Below are positions 8,928-19,631 of a DNA stretch of 64,000 nt, in pieces (the stretch's first letter is position 1; every line of letters starts with the position of its first letter). Location of the stretch: the NCBI GenBank assembly GCA_965217205.1, contig OZ244254.1, positions 2,161,493 through 2,225,492 on the forward strand, given 5' to 3'. Origin of the DNA: an uncultured Maricaulis sp. GTDB lineage: Bacteria; Pseudomonadota; Alphaproteobacteria; Caulobacterales; Maricaulaceae. Under the pieces are notes generated by a model. It did no database searches. It saw only the letters and a list, made by a program, of their open reading frames with translations, and was not told the DNA's origin. A program made the position numbers and the translations under genes.

Positions 8928-11219
8928 TCAAATCCCTCGTCCACTTTCAATGGCCTCGCGAGGCAATCCGGCATTTTCTCCCGCCTCGATGAGGAGGGGA
9001 CGCAGACTGTCCACGGGTTGTTGAAGGTGGTTCGCAAGCCAGGTGCCAAGTTTTCCAGCATCCAGTCCGGACACCAGTTTCTTGATCGGGCCGATATTGC
9101 CCGAGGCCATGGAAAGACTTTGATAACCAAGCCCGATCAGCACAGCAGCCTCCAGCGGCTTGGCGGCAATTTCACCACAAACAGAGATCGGCGTATCGTG
9201 TTTCGCACACAGATCGCGGACATGTTTGAGCAGGTCCAGGGCAGCCGGAGCGAGCACATCGTATCGTTCCGATACACGCGTATTCTGGCGATCTGCGGCG
9301 TAGAAATACTGCATCAGGTCATTCGCACCGACCGATACGAAATCGACGTCGTCGATCGCGTGCTGCAGCGCCCAGGCCATGCCCGGCGTTTCCAGCATGA
9401 TACCGCATCGCACGTCTGACGGCATTTCATGCCCGGCCTGACGGGCATGACGCAACTCGCGGTCGAGCATTTCACGCGCCGCTCGCGCCTCCCAGGGCGC
9501 GGCAATCATCGGAAACATGACGTTGAGCGGGCGCCCGGCCGCGGCCAGGATCAACGCGCGCAATTGGTAGCGAAGCAGGCCGGGGCGATCGAGGCCCATC
9601 CGGATCGCGCGCCAGCCCAGTGCCGGATTGGGCTCGATGGTCGATGGCGCGAACGGCGCGACCTTGTCACCGCCAAGATCGAGCGTGCGGAAAATGACCG
9701 GCTTGTCGCCCGCCGCATCCAGCACTGATTTGTAGACTGTGGCCTGGGCTGACAGCCGCGGCAGGGTCTCGGCGACCATGAATTGGAATTCGGTGCGAAA
9801 AAGGCCAACCCCGTCAGCGCCGGTTTCCTCCAGAGCGGTCAGCTCGATCAGGAGACCGGCATTCATGTGCAGGCCGATCCGCTGACCGTCAGCGGTGACT
9901 GACGGACCCCGCAATTCGGCATAGGACTGCCGCCGCTCGGACAAGGCCGCGACGCGGACTTCATAGGTCTCGACAACATCGGGCTGTGGCCGGATATGCA
10001 GGATACCGAACTCACCATCCAGGATCACCGGATCTCCGTTTTCCGCCCGGTCCAGCGCACCTTCGAGGCGCCCAACAAGGGGAATGCCCAGCGCCTTGGC
10101 GACGATGGCCGCGTGGGACGAGGCCGAGCCTTCTTCCAGGGCGATGCCCTTCAGCTTCGTACGGTCAAAATCGAGCAGTTCGGCCGGGCCGATATTGCGC
10201 GCGATGATGATCGCATTATCAGGCAATTCCAGCGCCGCCCCGCTGCCATCGAGATGACGCAAAAGTCGATTGGCCAGGTCCTCGAGATCATGCAGGCGCT
10301 CGCGGAAGAGCGGATCGGACGCCTTCATCAAGCGGGCCCGGTTCTCGTTCCGCACCCGTTCAACCGCGGCTTCCGCCGTCAGGCCGCGGCGGACGGCTTC
10401 AAGCAGGCGCTCCAGCCAACCGCGATCATGCGCGAACATGCGATAGGCTTGCAGCACATCACGGGTCGGGCCACCAAAGGGCACCCGTCCGCCTTCGAGC
10501 ATTTCGTCGATCGATGCGCGCAGCGAATTGATGGCCGCATCCAGACGCTCTTCCTCACGCGACGGATCGTCGGCGATCAGGCGGGTCGATTCAACATGTG
10601 GCTCGAACAGGACGGCAACGCCACTGGCCACCCCACCGGAATAGGCCCCGCCCTGGAAGCGTTCCGGACGCGACTGGCGCACATCCAGCCCCGCCATTTC
10701 CTCGGAATCGACAATGTCACCGGAGGCGACAATCTCGGCCAGAACCATGGCCACGGTTTGCAGAGTCTCGATCTCGTCCCCGGCGACCTGGCGCTCGACC
10801 GAGGTCTGGGCGGTGAGGACACCGACCATGCGGCCACCGCGCAGGATGGGCACCCCGACAAATGTGTCGAAGGGCTCCTCCCCGGTTTCCGGCTTGTAGG
10901 AGAAGGCCGCGTGGGCCCGCGCATTCGACGTTGCCAGCGGTCGCGCCCGACGTGCCACCAGGCCGACCAGGCCCTCGCCCGGTCGCAGGCGGACCGTGTG
11001 CACCGCCTCGCGCTTGAGGCCGAAGGTGGCACAAAGCTCCAGCGCATTGGACGGACGGGCGAGATAGATCGAGCAGACGTCCCAACCCGCCTCTTCCGCG
11101 ATCATGGCGGTGAGGTGATCAAGGCGCGCCTGGGCATTCTCCTGCACCGCCATGAGCTGGCGCATACGCTTGAGAAGGTTGCGCGGATCGCGAGCCGGTT
11201 TGGTCGTCATGTCTTCCAT
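8928..11219 (-). CDS. ptsP: Phosphoenolpyruvate-protein phosphotransferase EI(Ntr) with GAF domain
   Basis: N-terminal GAF, 'SHAAIVAKALGIP' phospho-His motif, 'GVGLFRTEF', 'RTLDLGGDK'. Confidence 0.95.
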   Translation of the reverse strand: MEDMTTKPARDPRNLLKRMRQLMAVQENAQARLDHLTAMIAEEAGWDVCSIYLARPSNALELCATFGLKREAVHTVRLRPGEGLVGLVARRARPLATSNARAHAAFSYKPETGEEPFDTFVGVPILRGGRMVGVLTAQTSVERQVAGDEIETLQTVAMVLAEIVASGDIVDSEEMAGLDVRQSRPERFQGGAYSGGVASGVAVLFEPHVESTRLIADDPSREEERLDAAINSLRASIDEMLEGGRVPFGGPTRDVLQAYRMFAHDRGWLERLLEAVRRGLTAEAAVERVRNENRARLMKASDPLFRERLHDLEDLANRLLRHLDGSGAALELPDNAIIIARNIGPAELLDFDRTKLKGIALEEGSASSHAAIVAKALGIPLVGRLEGALDRAENGDPVILDGEFGILHIRPQPDVVETYEVRVAALSERRQSYAELRGPSVTADGQRIGLHMNAGLLIELTALEETGADGVGLFRTEFQFMVAETLPRLSAQATVYKSVLDAAGDKPVIFRTLDLGGDKVAPFAPSTIEPNPALGWRAIRMGLDRPGLLRYQLRALILAAAGRPLNVMFPMIAAPWEARAAREMLDRELRHARQAGHEMPSDVRCGIMLETPGMAWALQHAIDDVDFVSVGANDLMQYFYAADRQNTRVSERYDVLAPAALDLLKHVRDLCAKHDTPISVCGEIAAKPLEAAVLIGLGYQSLSMASGNIGPIKKLVSGLDAGKLGTWLANHLQQPVDSLRPLLIEAGENAGLPREAIESGRGI

Positions 11220-11221
11220 GC

Positions 11222-12439
11222 CTACACCTGATCCAATCCATACGCCGCGTGCAAGGCCCGGACTGCGCGTTCCACGGCATCATTCTCGATCAAGGCCGAA
11301 ATCTTGATCTCGGAGGTGGCGAGGACCTTCACAGCGATGTCTTGCTCGCCCAGCACCGCAAACAGGGAGCGGGCGACATCGGCACGCTGACGCAGGCCGG
11401 CGCCGACCACGGAAACCTTCGCCAGACCGGTCTCGGCCGAGACGCGCACACCTTCGACGGCGTTCTCGAGCACGGCCTGGGCGCGATCGAGGTCGCGATG
11501 CGCGACCGAGAACTCGAGCGTGACCATGCCGGGCTGGCGGGCATGGGCCTGAACGATCATGTCAACACCGACATCCGCCTCGGCGAGGCGCGCGAAACAC
11601 CGCGCCGCCATATCAGAGCGGTTGGAGGCGCCGTGCAGCGCGATCCGGGCCTGGTCACGGGCATAGGCGACACCGGACACCAGCCGCCGCTCGGCAATAT
11701 CGCTTTCAGCGACGACATCCGTGCCAAGGCTGTCGCCGGAATTCAGGAAGGAGGATAGCACGCGCATCGGCACCGCGCGCGCCTTGGCAAATTCGACCGA
11801 GCGTGTCTGCAGGACCTTGGCGCCCTGGGCCGCCAGTTCCAGCATCTCGTCATGACTGATCGCATCGAGACGTTTCGCGCCGGGTTCGATGCGGGGGTCG
11901 GTTGTATAGACCCCGTCGACATCGGTGTAGATATCACACCGCGCCTTCAAGGCTGCCGCGACTGCCGCGGCTGACAGGTCCGTCCCGCCCCGCCCCAGCG
12001 TGCGCACGTCACCCGCCTCGGTAATGCCCTGGAAGCCGGCCACTACCGGGATGATTCCCGCCTCGATGGCCGCCTCGAGGACCGTCGCATCCATGCCGGC
12101 AATACGTGAGGCGCCGGGCGGACCGTCGGTGATCACCGGCAGTTGCCAGCCGAGAAAGGATTGGGCATTCAGGCCGCACTCGCGCAGGGCCAGCGCCATC
12201 AGGGCGGAGGAAACCTGCTCGCCCGCGGCCAGGGCCACATCGGCCTCGCGATCCCCCAGACCGGATCCAAAAGCATCGGCGAGGCCGAGAATACGGTCGG
12301 TTTCGCCGGCCATGGCCGAGACCACAACCGTCATCACCTCGCCCTTCGCGGCGGCGGCGGCCACCAGGCCGGCCGCATGCCGGATACGCTCGACCGACCC
12401 GACCGAGGTGCCACCAAATTTCGCCACGACACGCGTCAT
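11222..12439 (-). CDS. lysC: Aspartate kinase
   Basis: 'VAKFGGTSV', 'TLGRGGTD', 'TDVDGVYTTDPR', two ACT domains; ubiG-lysC-ptsP synteny. Confidence 0.95.
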   Translation of the reverse strand: MTRVVAKFGGTSVGSVERIRHAAGLVAAAAAKGEVMTVVVSAMAGETDRILGLADAFGSGLGDREADVALAAGEQVSSALMALALRECGLNAQSFLGWQLPVITDGPPGASRIAGMDATVLEAAIEAGIIPVVAGFQGITEAGDVRTLGRGGTDLSAAAVAAALKARCDIYTDVDGVYTTDPRIEPGAKRLDAISHDEMLELAAQGAKVLQTRSVEFAKARAVPMRVLSSFLNSGDSLGTDVVAESDIAERRLVSGVAYARDQARIALHGASNRSDMAARCFARLAEADVGVDMIVQAHARQPGMVTLEFSVAHRDLDRAQAVLENAVEGVRVSAETGLAKVSVVGAGLRQRADVARSLFAVLGEQDIAVKVLATSEIKISALIENDAVERAVRALHAAYGLDQV

Positions 12440-12631
12440 GCCATCTGTCCCTCGCGCTTCCCCAACAAGTCCGCTGCGACCATAACGTCGCACCGGGCTC
12501 GATTAGACGCACCGACAGGGCCATATTAAGGCTCAAGCGGGGCGCCGCGCTGGCGGTTAGGTAAGCGCGAAGCGCACCGCACGCAACGCCTGAACGCAAT
12601 CAGACGCGGATTCACCCGCGAGGAGAAACGC

Positions 12632-13396
12632 ATGACCAGCGCCGCCGCGCCCGACACGCTGAACCGGCCCTCGATCGACCCGGAAGAGGTCGAGAAATTC
12701 TCCCGTATCGCCGCCGAATGGTGGGACCCGGACAGCAAGTTCAAGCCCCTGCACAAGTTCAACCCGATCCGGCTCGGCTTTATTCGCGACACGATCTGTC
12801 AGCATTTCGGCCTCACCGGCGACACGCCGCTGGCAGGCCTGCGCATTCTCGATATCGGCTGCGGCGGCGGCCTGGTTTGCGAGCCCATGGCGCGGCTGGG
12901 AGCGAGCGTGACCGGCGTCGACGCGGCCGAAGCCAATGTGAAGACGGCCAGCGTCCATGCCGGCGAGCAAGGTCTCGACATCGACTATCGCCACGGTGTC
13001 GCCGAGCAATTGATCGAGAATGGCGAAGCGCCTTTCGATGTCGTGCTCAATCTGGAAGTCATGGAGCATGTCGCCAACCCGCACACCTTCCTGGTTGATT
13101 GCGCCAGCCTGGTGAAGCCGGGCGGGCTGATGATCTGTGCCACCATCAACCGGACCTCGAAAGCCTTCGCACTGGCCATTGTCGGCGCGGAATGGGTGAT
13201 GGGCTGGCTGCCCAAGGGCACGCACCGCTTCCACAAACTGGTCAAACCGACCCAGATCCGCGCCGCGCTCAAGGAAGGCGGAATGAGCCTGCAGCCACCG
13301 GTCGGCGTCAGCTACAACCCGCTCACCGACCAGTTCTCGCTCGGCGAGGACACAGCGGTGAACTACATGATGGTGGCGGAGAAGCCGGCAGGCTGA
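12632..13396 (+). CDS. ubiG: Ubiquinone biosynthesis O-methyltransferase
   Basis: 'EEVEKFSRIAAEWWDP', 'LDIGCGGG', 'LEVMEHV'. Confidence 0.95.
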   Translation: MTSAAAPDTLNRPSIDPEEVEKFSRIAAEWWDPDSKFKPLHKFNPIRLGFIRDTICQHFGLTGDTPLAGLRILDIGCGGGLVCEPMARLGASVTGVDAAEANVKTASVHAGEQGLDIDYRHGVAEQLIENGEAPFDVVLNLEVMEHVANPHTFLVDCASLVKPGGLMICATINRTSKAFALAIVGAEWVMGWLPKGTHRFHKLVKPTQIRAALKEGGMSLQPPVGVSYNPLTDQFSLGEDTAVNYMMVAEKPAG

Positions 13397-13671
13397 CTCA
13401 AGCGACGGCGGCCGCTTACAGTCCCGTCGCCGCACACATGTCCCGGCCAGGAAGTGCGGTTCTCGCCGGGTTCAGGTGAGACATTTCAGCGCGCGCACTT
13501 TGACGACCGGTCTGTAACGGCCTTGATTGGGCTGAAAACACGGGTGACCAGGACAGTGAAGCCTTTGTCACCGGTTTGGCCGTCACATGCTGTTACCGTC
13601 AAAGTTTTTAAGGTTTTGGAAAACTCCCGTTTATCAAATTGCGGGCCTGTAACGAACCTGAAGAGCGCCCC

Positions 13672-15690
13672 ATGACCGCAATCCCGCAAACCGCCGCAGC
13701 CTCAACCGACGCGTCCGCCGACCTGCTTGACCGCCTGTTGAATTTTCTCGAGCCGACACCGGTGTCGGAACAGGATGCAGCGGATGCTTGGTCAGGCCTT
13801 GAAGGTGAGCTCCCGGCCATCCTTGACGATTTCTATGCTGCACTGGACCGCGACCGCGACCTGCGTGCGATCTATGGCGATCGCCACGATCAGACCAAAT
13901 CCCTGCAGGCGCGCCAAACAGCGCACTGGAAAGCCCTGATGACCCAGAGACCGGGCATAGCCTTCCAGGGTCGCTCCATCCGGATCGCCGAAGCCCACGT
14001 GCGGATCGGTCTACCCTCGCATTGGAATATTGCCGCCTATGGACGTGTCCTCGCCGGCGCCATCCCGAGCCTTTTCGCCAAGCATCGGCGCAACCCGCGC
14101 AAAGCGGAACGCCTTGTGACCGCCCTGGTATCGCGCGCCTTTCTCGACATTTGTGCGGCCCAGGAAGGGTATGAGAACGGGATCCGCCGCCGCGTCGAGG
14201 AGTCTCGAGAGCGCGACAATCATCTTCACAGCTTGCGCAGCGTCGCCGAGACCATCGCCTCAATCAATGAACTGACGCTCAATATGGCGGTCATGCAGTC
14301 GGCGACAGACGAGGCCAGCACCAACAGCCAGTCCATCTCGGCCGCCGCGGAGGAATTGCTGACTTCGGTCGAGCAGATTGCGGAGAACTCGAACGCAGCG
14401 ACAGCCCGGGCCAATGACACCAATGCCTCGGTGTCCGAGAGCATTGACGCGATGGACAGCGTTGCCGCGTCGATCACAGAGATTGCCCGGACGGCGGAAA
14501 CCAGCACCCAGAGCCTGTCTGAACTGAACGCGGCGTCGGAGCAGATCAGCGGCTTCCTGGCCGTGATCCAGACAATCGCGGACCAGACGAACCTCCTTGC
14601 CCTCAACGCCACCATCGAGGCCGCCCGCGCCGGTGAAGCCGGCAAGGGCTTCGCGGTCGTTGCCTCGGAAGTGAAGAGCCTCGCCAATCAGGCGGCGAAG
14701 GCGACGGAGGATATTTCAAGTCGGATTTCTGCGCTCAAGAACGGCATGCAGATCATCGAATCGAGCCTGACCGAGTCCCGCGACGCGGTCGAACGGGGAC
14801 AAACCACCATTGCCGGCGCAAATACCCTGATCCGCTCGGTTGGCGACCAGGTGTCCGATGTCTCCACACGCATGCAGGAGATCTCGTCAATCCTGACCCA
14901 GCAGACCGAAACCACCGCGGAGATTTCCTCGAATATCACCGGCGTCGCCGACCACGCTTCCCAGAATCAGGAAAGCCTGGCGCAGATGAATGCATCCCTG
15001 CAGCAGAGCAATGACAACTTTCTCGCCAATGCGCGCGACTGGTTCCGATCCGACTCACACCGCTCTCTCGTCCAAATGGCCAAGATTGACCATGTCATGT
15101 TCAAAAAGCGGATTCTGGACATTCTGTCCGGCCGCGCCGAAGGCAGCGCCGCGGATCTGCCGGATCACCATGGATGCAGACTCGGGAAATGGCATGATGG
15201 CATCCAGATTCCCGAGATCCGCAATCACCCTGCCTTCAACAGCCTCGTCGCGCCTCACCAGGACGTGCACGCCATCGGCAAGCGCATCCTGGAAGCGCAA
15301 GCCGCTGGCGAGCACCGCCGCGCCTTTGCGATGCTCGGGGACCTCGACAAGGCCAGCCGGGACGTCCTGGCGGGGCTCGATGCGCTGGCCAACGCGCTCG
15401 ATTCCGAACTCTCGCTTGCCGATGCCCGCTCCCATGTACGCCGACCCGTCCCGAATGAAGCGGCCCATACCCGCCGCGAGCTAGGGTCTTCCAGCGTCCG
15501 TGTCCGGGATATCTCCACCGGTGGCCTGGGCGTGACCGGTGATCAGGTGGGCGAGCTAGGAGAAACCGTACAGGTTGAATACCAGGGCCAGGTCGTGCTG
15601 GGCGAAATTGCCTGGAAGCGGGATGGCCAAGCCGGCATTCGCCTGTTGAAAGGGACACTCGTCCAAGCGTCGGCCGGCAAAGGAAATTGA
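13672..15690 (+). CDS. Soluble chemoreceptor: globin-coupled sensor, MCP signalling, CZB and PilZ domains
   Basis: Protoglobin-like 'DFYAAL...EAHVRIGL...Y'; MCP core '[37 protein letters not shown]'; CZB 'DHVMF...HHGCRLGKW...HQDVH'; PilZ 'RSHVR' and 'DISTGG'; no TM helix. Confidence 0.88.
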   Translation: MTAIPQTAAASTDASADLLDRLLNFLEPTPVSEQDAADAWSGLEGELPAILDDFYAALDRDRDLRAIYGDRHDQTKSLQARQTAHWKALMTQRPGIAFQGRSIRIAEAHVRIGLPSHWNIAAYGRVLAGAIPSLFAKHRRNPRKAERLVTALVSRAFLDICAAQEGYENGIRRRVEESRERDNHLHSLRSVAETIASINELTLNMAVMQSATDEASTNSQSISAAAEELLTSVEQIAENSNAATARANDTNASVSESIDAMDSVAASITEIARTAETSTQSLSELNAASEQISGFLAVIQTIADQTNLLALNATIEAARAGEAGKGFAVVASEVKSLANQAAKATEDISSRISALKNGMQIIESSLTESRDAVERGQTTIAGANTLIRSVGDQVSDVSTRMQEISSILTQQTETTAEISSNITGVADHASQNQESLAQMNASLQQSNDNFLANARDWFRSDSHRSLVQMAKIDHVMFKKRILDILSGRAEGSAADLPDHHGCRLGKWHDGIQIPEIRNHPAFNSLVAPHQDVHAIGKRILEAQAAGEHRRAFAMLGDLDKASRDVLAGLDALANALDSELSLADARSHVRRPVPNEAAHTRRELGSSSVRVRDISTGGLGVTGDQVGELGETVQVEYQGQVVLGEIAWKRDGQAGIRLLKGTLVQASAGKGN

Positions 15691-15694
15691 GCGG

Positions 15695-16117
15695 TCAGTT
15701 CGCCTTTTTCGGCGGGGTCGGCGCGAAGGCATCGGGCAGCGGCGTGACCGGTACGCCGTCTTCGCTGAGGGCTTTTGTGTCGTTGAGACTGGCTTCGCCA
15801 TAGATCAGGCGCGCGGGCTTGTCGCCGTCATGGATGGCGCGGGCTTCGCGGGCGAAATCATCTCCGACATAGTCGTAATTCTTGCGAATATGCGCCTTCA
15901 CCTTGTTCGCCATCTCGGCCATTTGATGCGCGGCGCTGGCTTCGCGCTTGCGCGATGTCGCCACGGCCGGCGCGGCCAGCGCCTTGCGAACCTGCATCGA
16001 CCCACAATGCGGGCATTCGACCAATCCGCGAGCCGCCTGATCGTCAAAGCCGTCAGAATTCGAGAACCAGGCCTCGAACTCATGGTCGGCATCACACAGG
16101 AGCGAATAGCGGATCAT
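15695..16117 (-). CDS. DUF1178-family protein
   Basis: 'MIRYSLLCDADHEFEAWFSNS', 'CPHCGS', 'DYVGDDFAREAR'. Confidence 0.9.
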   Translation of the reverse strand: MIRYSLLCDADHEFEAWFSNSDGFDDQAARGLVECPHCGSMQVRKALAAPAVATSRKREASAAHQMAEMANKVKAHIRKNYDYVGDDFAREARAIHDGDKPARLIYGEASLNDTKALSEDGVPVTPLPDAFAPTPPKKAN

Positions 16118-16142
16118 CTGGGTGGTCGTCTCTCAGCCGGCG

Positions 16143-16961
16143 TCACAGCGGGCCCGTCAATGCCCGGTCATGCTCCAGCGCCGGCACACGACGGCGGGCC
16201 TCGGCGACCTTGCGCAGATCGAGCGAGGCCCGCAGCAGGCCGGGATTGTCGTGATCGAGCTCGGCAATGGTCTCGCCCCACGGGCCGATGATGATGGAAT
16301 GCCCCCAGGTCTTGCGGCCATCGGCATGGAGCCCGCCCTGGGCCGGTGCGAGGACAAAACTCCCCGTCTCGATCGCCCGGGCCCTCAAGAGCACGTCCCA
16401 ATGGGCGCGGCCGGTCGGCCTGGTGAAGGCGGCGGGGACGGTCAGGATCTGCGCGCCTGCCTGGGCCAAACGCCGATAGAGATAGGCGAAGCGGATATCA
16501 TAGCAGATTGACAGGCCGAGCCGGGCCCCGTCGACATCCTGTACCACCAACCGGTCGCCGCCCTCGTAATTATCGCTCTCGCGATAGGTCTCGCCCTGGC
16601 CCAGCCCGACATCGAACATGTGCGCCTTGTCATAGGTCGTGGCGATCTCGCCAGCGGGTGAGAAGAGATAGCTGCGATTGGCGGCCCGGCGCTCGGCAAT
16701 GCGCACGGCGAGCGACCCGATCAGGAGCCAGATGCCCAATTCCTTCGCCAGGGCGGCGAAGACCGGTATGGCCGGGTCGGTCTCCGGCGTGCACATGACG
16801 GCGAAGGCCGCATCGGCATCCTTCTGGACCAGATGGGTGGTTTCGGGCGTGGCAATAAAGGTCGCACCATCGGCAGCGGCCGCACGGATCAACGCGCTGG
16901 CCGTGGCCACATTCTCGGTCGGGTCGATGCCCGAGCGCATCTGGACGAGGGCGACTTCCAT
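16143..16961 (-). CDS. Carbon-nitrogen hydrolase (Nit/deaminated-glutathione amidase family)
   Basis: 'TPE', 'YDKAH', 'ICYDIRF', 'RARAIE', 'GHSIIIGPWG'. Confidence 0.92.
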   Translation of the reverse strand: MEVALVQMRSGIDPTENVATASALIRAAAADGATFIATPETTHLVQKDADAAFAVMCTPETDPAIPVFAALAKELGIWLLIGSLAVRIAERRAANRSYLFSPAGEIATTYDKAHMFDVGLGQGETYRESDNYEGGDRLVVQDVDGARLGLSICYDIRFAYLYRRLAQAGAQILTVPAAFTRPTGRAHWDVLLRARAIETGSFVLAPAQGGLHADGRKTWGHSIIIGPWGETIAELDHDNPGLLRASLDLRKVAEARRRVPALEHDRALTGPL

Positions 16962-16967
16962 GCCGGA

Positions 16968-17225
16968 TCAGGCCTTGAGCAAGGCGTCGAGCTTGTTGCC
17001 ACGCTCGAGCGCCATCAGGTCGTCGCAGCCACCGACATGCATGTCGCCGATGAAAATCTGCGGGAAGGTGCGACCGCCGTTCGAACGCTGGATCATTTCC
17101 TGGCGCTTGGACTGGTCAAAGCCGGCATCGATCTCGTCAAAGGTGACGCCCTTCTGCTTCAACAGCGAAACCGCGCGCGAGCAATAGCCACACATGGGGC
17201 GGGTATAGATGGTTATGTCAGCCAT
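16968..17225 (-). CDS. grxC: Glutaredoxin 3
   Basis: 'CGYC' active site, 'TFPQIFIG', 'GGCDD'. Confidence 0.95.
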   Translation of the reverse strand: MADITIYTRPMCGYCSRAVSLLKQKGVTFDEIDAGFDQSKRQEMIQRSNGGRTFPQIFIGDMHVGGCDDLMALERGNKLDALLKA

Positions 17226-17247
17226 GAATCACTCCAGATGATCCGTC

Positions 17248-18006
17248 TTAGATAGTCGGATCGGTTTCGCGTACAACTCGGCACAATGCCACAACACGCA
17301 CCGAGGCGGCACCGGCCCGTTTCAGCTGCCGTGCACAGGCCGACATCGTGGCCCCGGTCGTGATCACATCATCGATGAGAACGAGGTGGCGGTCGCGGAC
17401 CTGCGCGGGGTCCGGGACGTGGAAGGCGGCCGCCATATTGCGCCGTCTCATGCGGGCTGTAAGACCCGCCTGACTCGGCGTGGCGCGGCGGCGCAAGAGG
17501 CTATCGGTCCAGACTGGCAAACCGGTCAGTTCACCCAAGGCTCGCCCGAGCAGGGCCGACTGGTTGTAGCGCCGCGAGACCAGGCGCCGCCAGTGCAAGG
17601 GCACGGGGACCAACGCGTCGGCCCCGTCCAGACAGGCCTCCCCGGCTCGCGCCATCCAGCGGGCAAACGGCACAATCATCTCGCGCCGGTCGCCATGCTT
17701 GAAACCGACCACGAGCGGGCTGGCGGCTTCGTCATAGGCCAGCGGCGCCCGGGCCCGGTCATAGCGCGGCGGGTTGGCGACACAATTGGCGCAGATCGCC
17801 GCGGCGCTACCACCTGCCCCACCCGGATAGGGAAAGGGCCAGCCACACAGATCGCACCAGGGCGCGTCAAGAAAGGTCAGGCGCGACCAGACCGGGGGCG
17901 AGACATGTCCGACCCGGTCGACCGGGTCGCCGGCCAGCGGGCAGACCGGTGGCCAGACCAGATCCGCCAGGTAGCGGCCCGCTCCGTTCAGCCCTCGCCA
18001 AGCCAT
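17248..18006 (-). CDS. comF: ComF-family double zinc ribbon / phosphoribosyltransferase protein
   Basis: 'PVPLHWRRLVSRRYNQS', 'LIDDVITTGAT'. Confidence 0.88.
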   Translation of the reverse strand: MAWRGLNGAGRYLADLVWPPVCPLAGDPVDRVGHVSPPVWSRLTFLDAPWCDLCGWPFPYPGGAGGSAAAICANCVANPPRYDRARAPLAYDEAASPLVVGFKHGDRREMIVPFARWMARAGEACLDGADALVPVPLHWRRLVSRRYNQSALLGRALGELTGLPVWTDSLLRRRATPSQAGLTARMRRRNMAAAFHVPDPAQVRDRHLVLIDDVITTGATMSACARQLKRAGAASVRVVALCRVVRETDPTI

Positions 18007-18071
18007 CGCGCCCTCCCCTTTTAAGCAGCGCCCCTCTTTTCCTGACCCGGGCTTGGGGGCATATCCGCTGC

Positions 18072-18989
18072 ATGACACCGCAAGCGCCTCCCGCCCTGTT
18101 CGACCGCACCTTGCTGCGCCAGCGCCGCAAACGATCAGCGCGCAGTGTGTCAGATTACAACTTCCTCGCGCAACGGGCTTTCGAGGATATTGGCGACCGG
18201 GTGGCCGGAATTACGCGGGACTTCGACCGCGGCGCCCTGCTCGGTGGCGGCCCCGGACTGATGTCCGCCCCGGCCGGCGGGCTGGTCCGGGGGAAGGTCA
18301 GCTGGCTGTGCCGGGCCGATCTCGCCCCATCCATCGCCGCACAGCTGACCCGCCCGGCGCTCACCCTCGACGAGGAAGCCCTGCCCTTTGCCAGTGAGAG
18401 CCTCGACATTGTCCTCGCACCCTGGGGCCTGCACTGGACCAATGACCTGCCGGGCGCTCTGGTGCAGATCAATCACGCCCTCAAGCCGGACGGTTTCTTC
18501 GCCTGCGCCCTGCCGGGCGGATCGACCCTGACAGAGCTGCGCCAATGCCTGATGGCCGCCGAGAGCGAGCTGACGGGTGGTGTCGCGGCGCGTGTCTCGC
18601 CTCTGGCCGGGACTTTCGACCTGGCCGCCCTGCTCCAGCGCGCGGGCTTTGCCATGCCGGTGGCCGATGTCGACCGGGTCACCGTGCGCTATGACCATAT
18701 CTTCGCGCTGATGGCGGATCTGCGTGGCATGGGTGAAACCTCCATCCTCGCTGACCGTCCCCGGACCCCGGCCACCCGCACCCTCTTCGCCCGCGCCGGC
18801 CAGATCTATGCCGAGCGCTTCGCCGATCCCGATGGCCGCGTCCGAGCGACTTTCGAAATCATCCACGCCGCCGGCTGGGCCCCGCATCCGGATCAGCCGA
18901 AACCGAAACGGCCGGGGTCCGCGACGCACCGGCTGGCGGATGCGCTGGGCGTGAAGGAAAAATCGCTGGGTGAGAAGGCGGGGGGTTAG
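18072..18989 (+). CDS. SAM-dependent methyltransferase (BioC/NDUFAF5-like)
   Basis: 'LFDRTLLR', 'LHWTNDLPG', 'AGFAMPVADVD', 'LMADLRGMGE'; divergent from comF as is typical. Confidence 0.85.
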   Translation: MTPQAPPALFDRTLLRQRRKRSARSVSDYNFLAQRAFEDIGDRVAGITRDFDRGALLGGGPGLMSAPAGGLVRGKVSWLCRADLAPSIAAQLTRPALTLDEEALPFASESLDIVLAPWGLHWTNDLPGALVQINHALKPDGFFACALPGGSTLTELRQCLMAAESELTGGVAARVSPLAGTFDLAALLQRAGFAMPVADVDRVTVRYDHIFALMADLRGMGETSILADRPRTPATRTLFARAGQIYAERFADPDGRVRATFEIIHAAGWAPHPDQPKPKRPGSATHRLADALGVKEKSLGEKAGG

Positions 18990-19006
18990 GGGGCTTTCGC
19001 CGGGGC

Positions 19007-19165
19007 CTAAAACGGCGCCGCCGCGTTATTGAACATGTCCATCACGGCCGGGCCGATGACCGCCAGCGCACCGATCCCGATGATCGAGACAAGAACCGCA
19101 ATCATCGCATACTCGATGGCTGTGGCGCCGCTCTGTTCGCGGGCGAAGCGGGCAAGAAGTTTCAT
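19007..19165 (-). CDS. flp: Flp-family type IVb pilin (52 aa; absent from the ORF track)
   Basis: Manual translation MKLLARFAREQSGATAIEYAMIAVLVSIIGIGALAVIGPAVMDMFNNAAAPF; Flp G|ATAIEY motif; start overlaps the mutT stop. Confidence 0.9.
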   Translation of the reverse strand: MKLLARFAREQSGATAIEYAMIAVLVSIIGIGALAVIGPAVMDMFNNAAAPF

Positions 19166-19581
19166 CACAGACGATCCCTCAGCTCGGCAGCCAGCGAAAT
19201 GTCGGCGGCGGACATCTGGTAGTCGCGCAGTTTTTCCTTGCGGACCCAGGCCAGTTCCTGGCCTTCATTGGGGTGCGGGAAGCCGTCCCAGGTGCGGCAC
19301 AGGAAGAGCGGCATGACGATGTGGAAGTCGTCATAGGGATGCGAGACGAAGGCAAAGGGGTGCAGACACCGTTCGCACGGTTCGACACTGAGCTCTTCGC
19401 GCAATTCACGCACCACAGCCTGCTCCGGCGTCTCGCCCGGCTCGATCTTGCCGCCGGGGAATTCCCAAAGCCCCGCCATGGCTTTCCCCTCGGGTCGCTT
19501 GGCGATGAGAATGCGACCATCGGCATCCAGCAAGGCACAGGCGGCAACGAAGAGCACCGGTTTGGGGCTACAAGCGGTCAT
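19165..19581 (-). CDS. mutT: 8-oxo-dGTP diphosphatase, NUDIX family
   Basis: Nudix box 'WEFPGGKIEPGETPEQAVVRELREEL'. Confidence 0.88.
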   Translation of the reverse strand: MTACSPKPVLFVAACALLDADGRILIAKRPEGKAMAGLWEFPGGKIEPGETPEQAVVRELREELSVEPCERCLHPFAFVSHPYDDFHIVMPLFLCRTWDGFPHPNEGQELAWVRKEKLRDYQMSAADISLAAELRDRL

Positions 19582-19631
19582 ATTCCCACATCTCCCTTAA
19601 GGACGGGTGCAGAAAGGCGGTTAATACGCAC

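Noticed and set aside
19596-19624. Two TTAA half-sites upstream of mutT-flp as a CtrA box
   Set aside because: Spacing is about 20 nt, not N7
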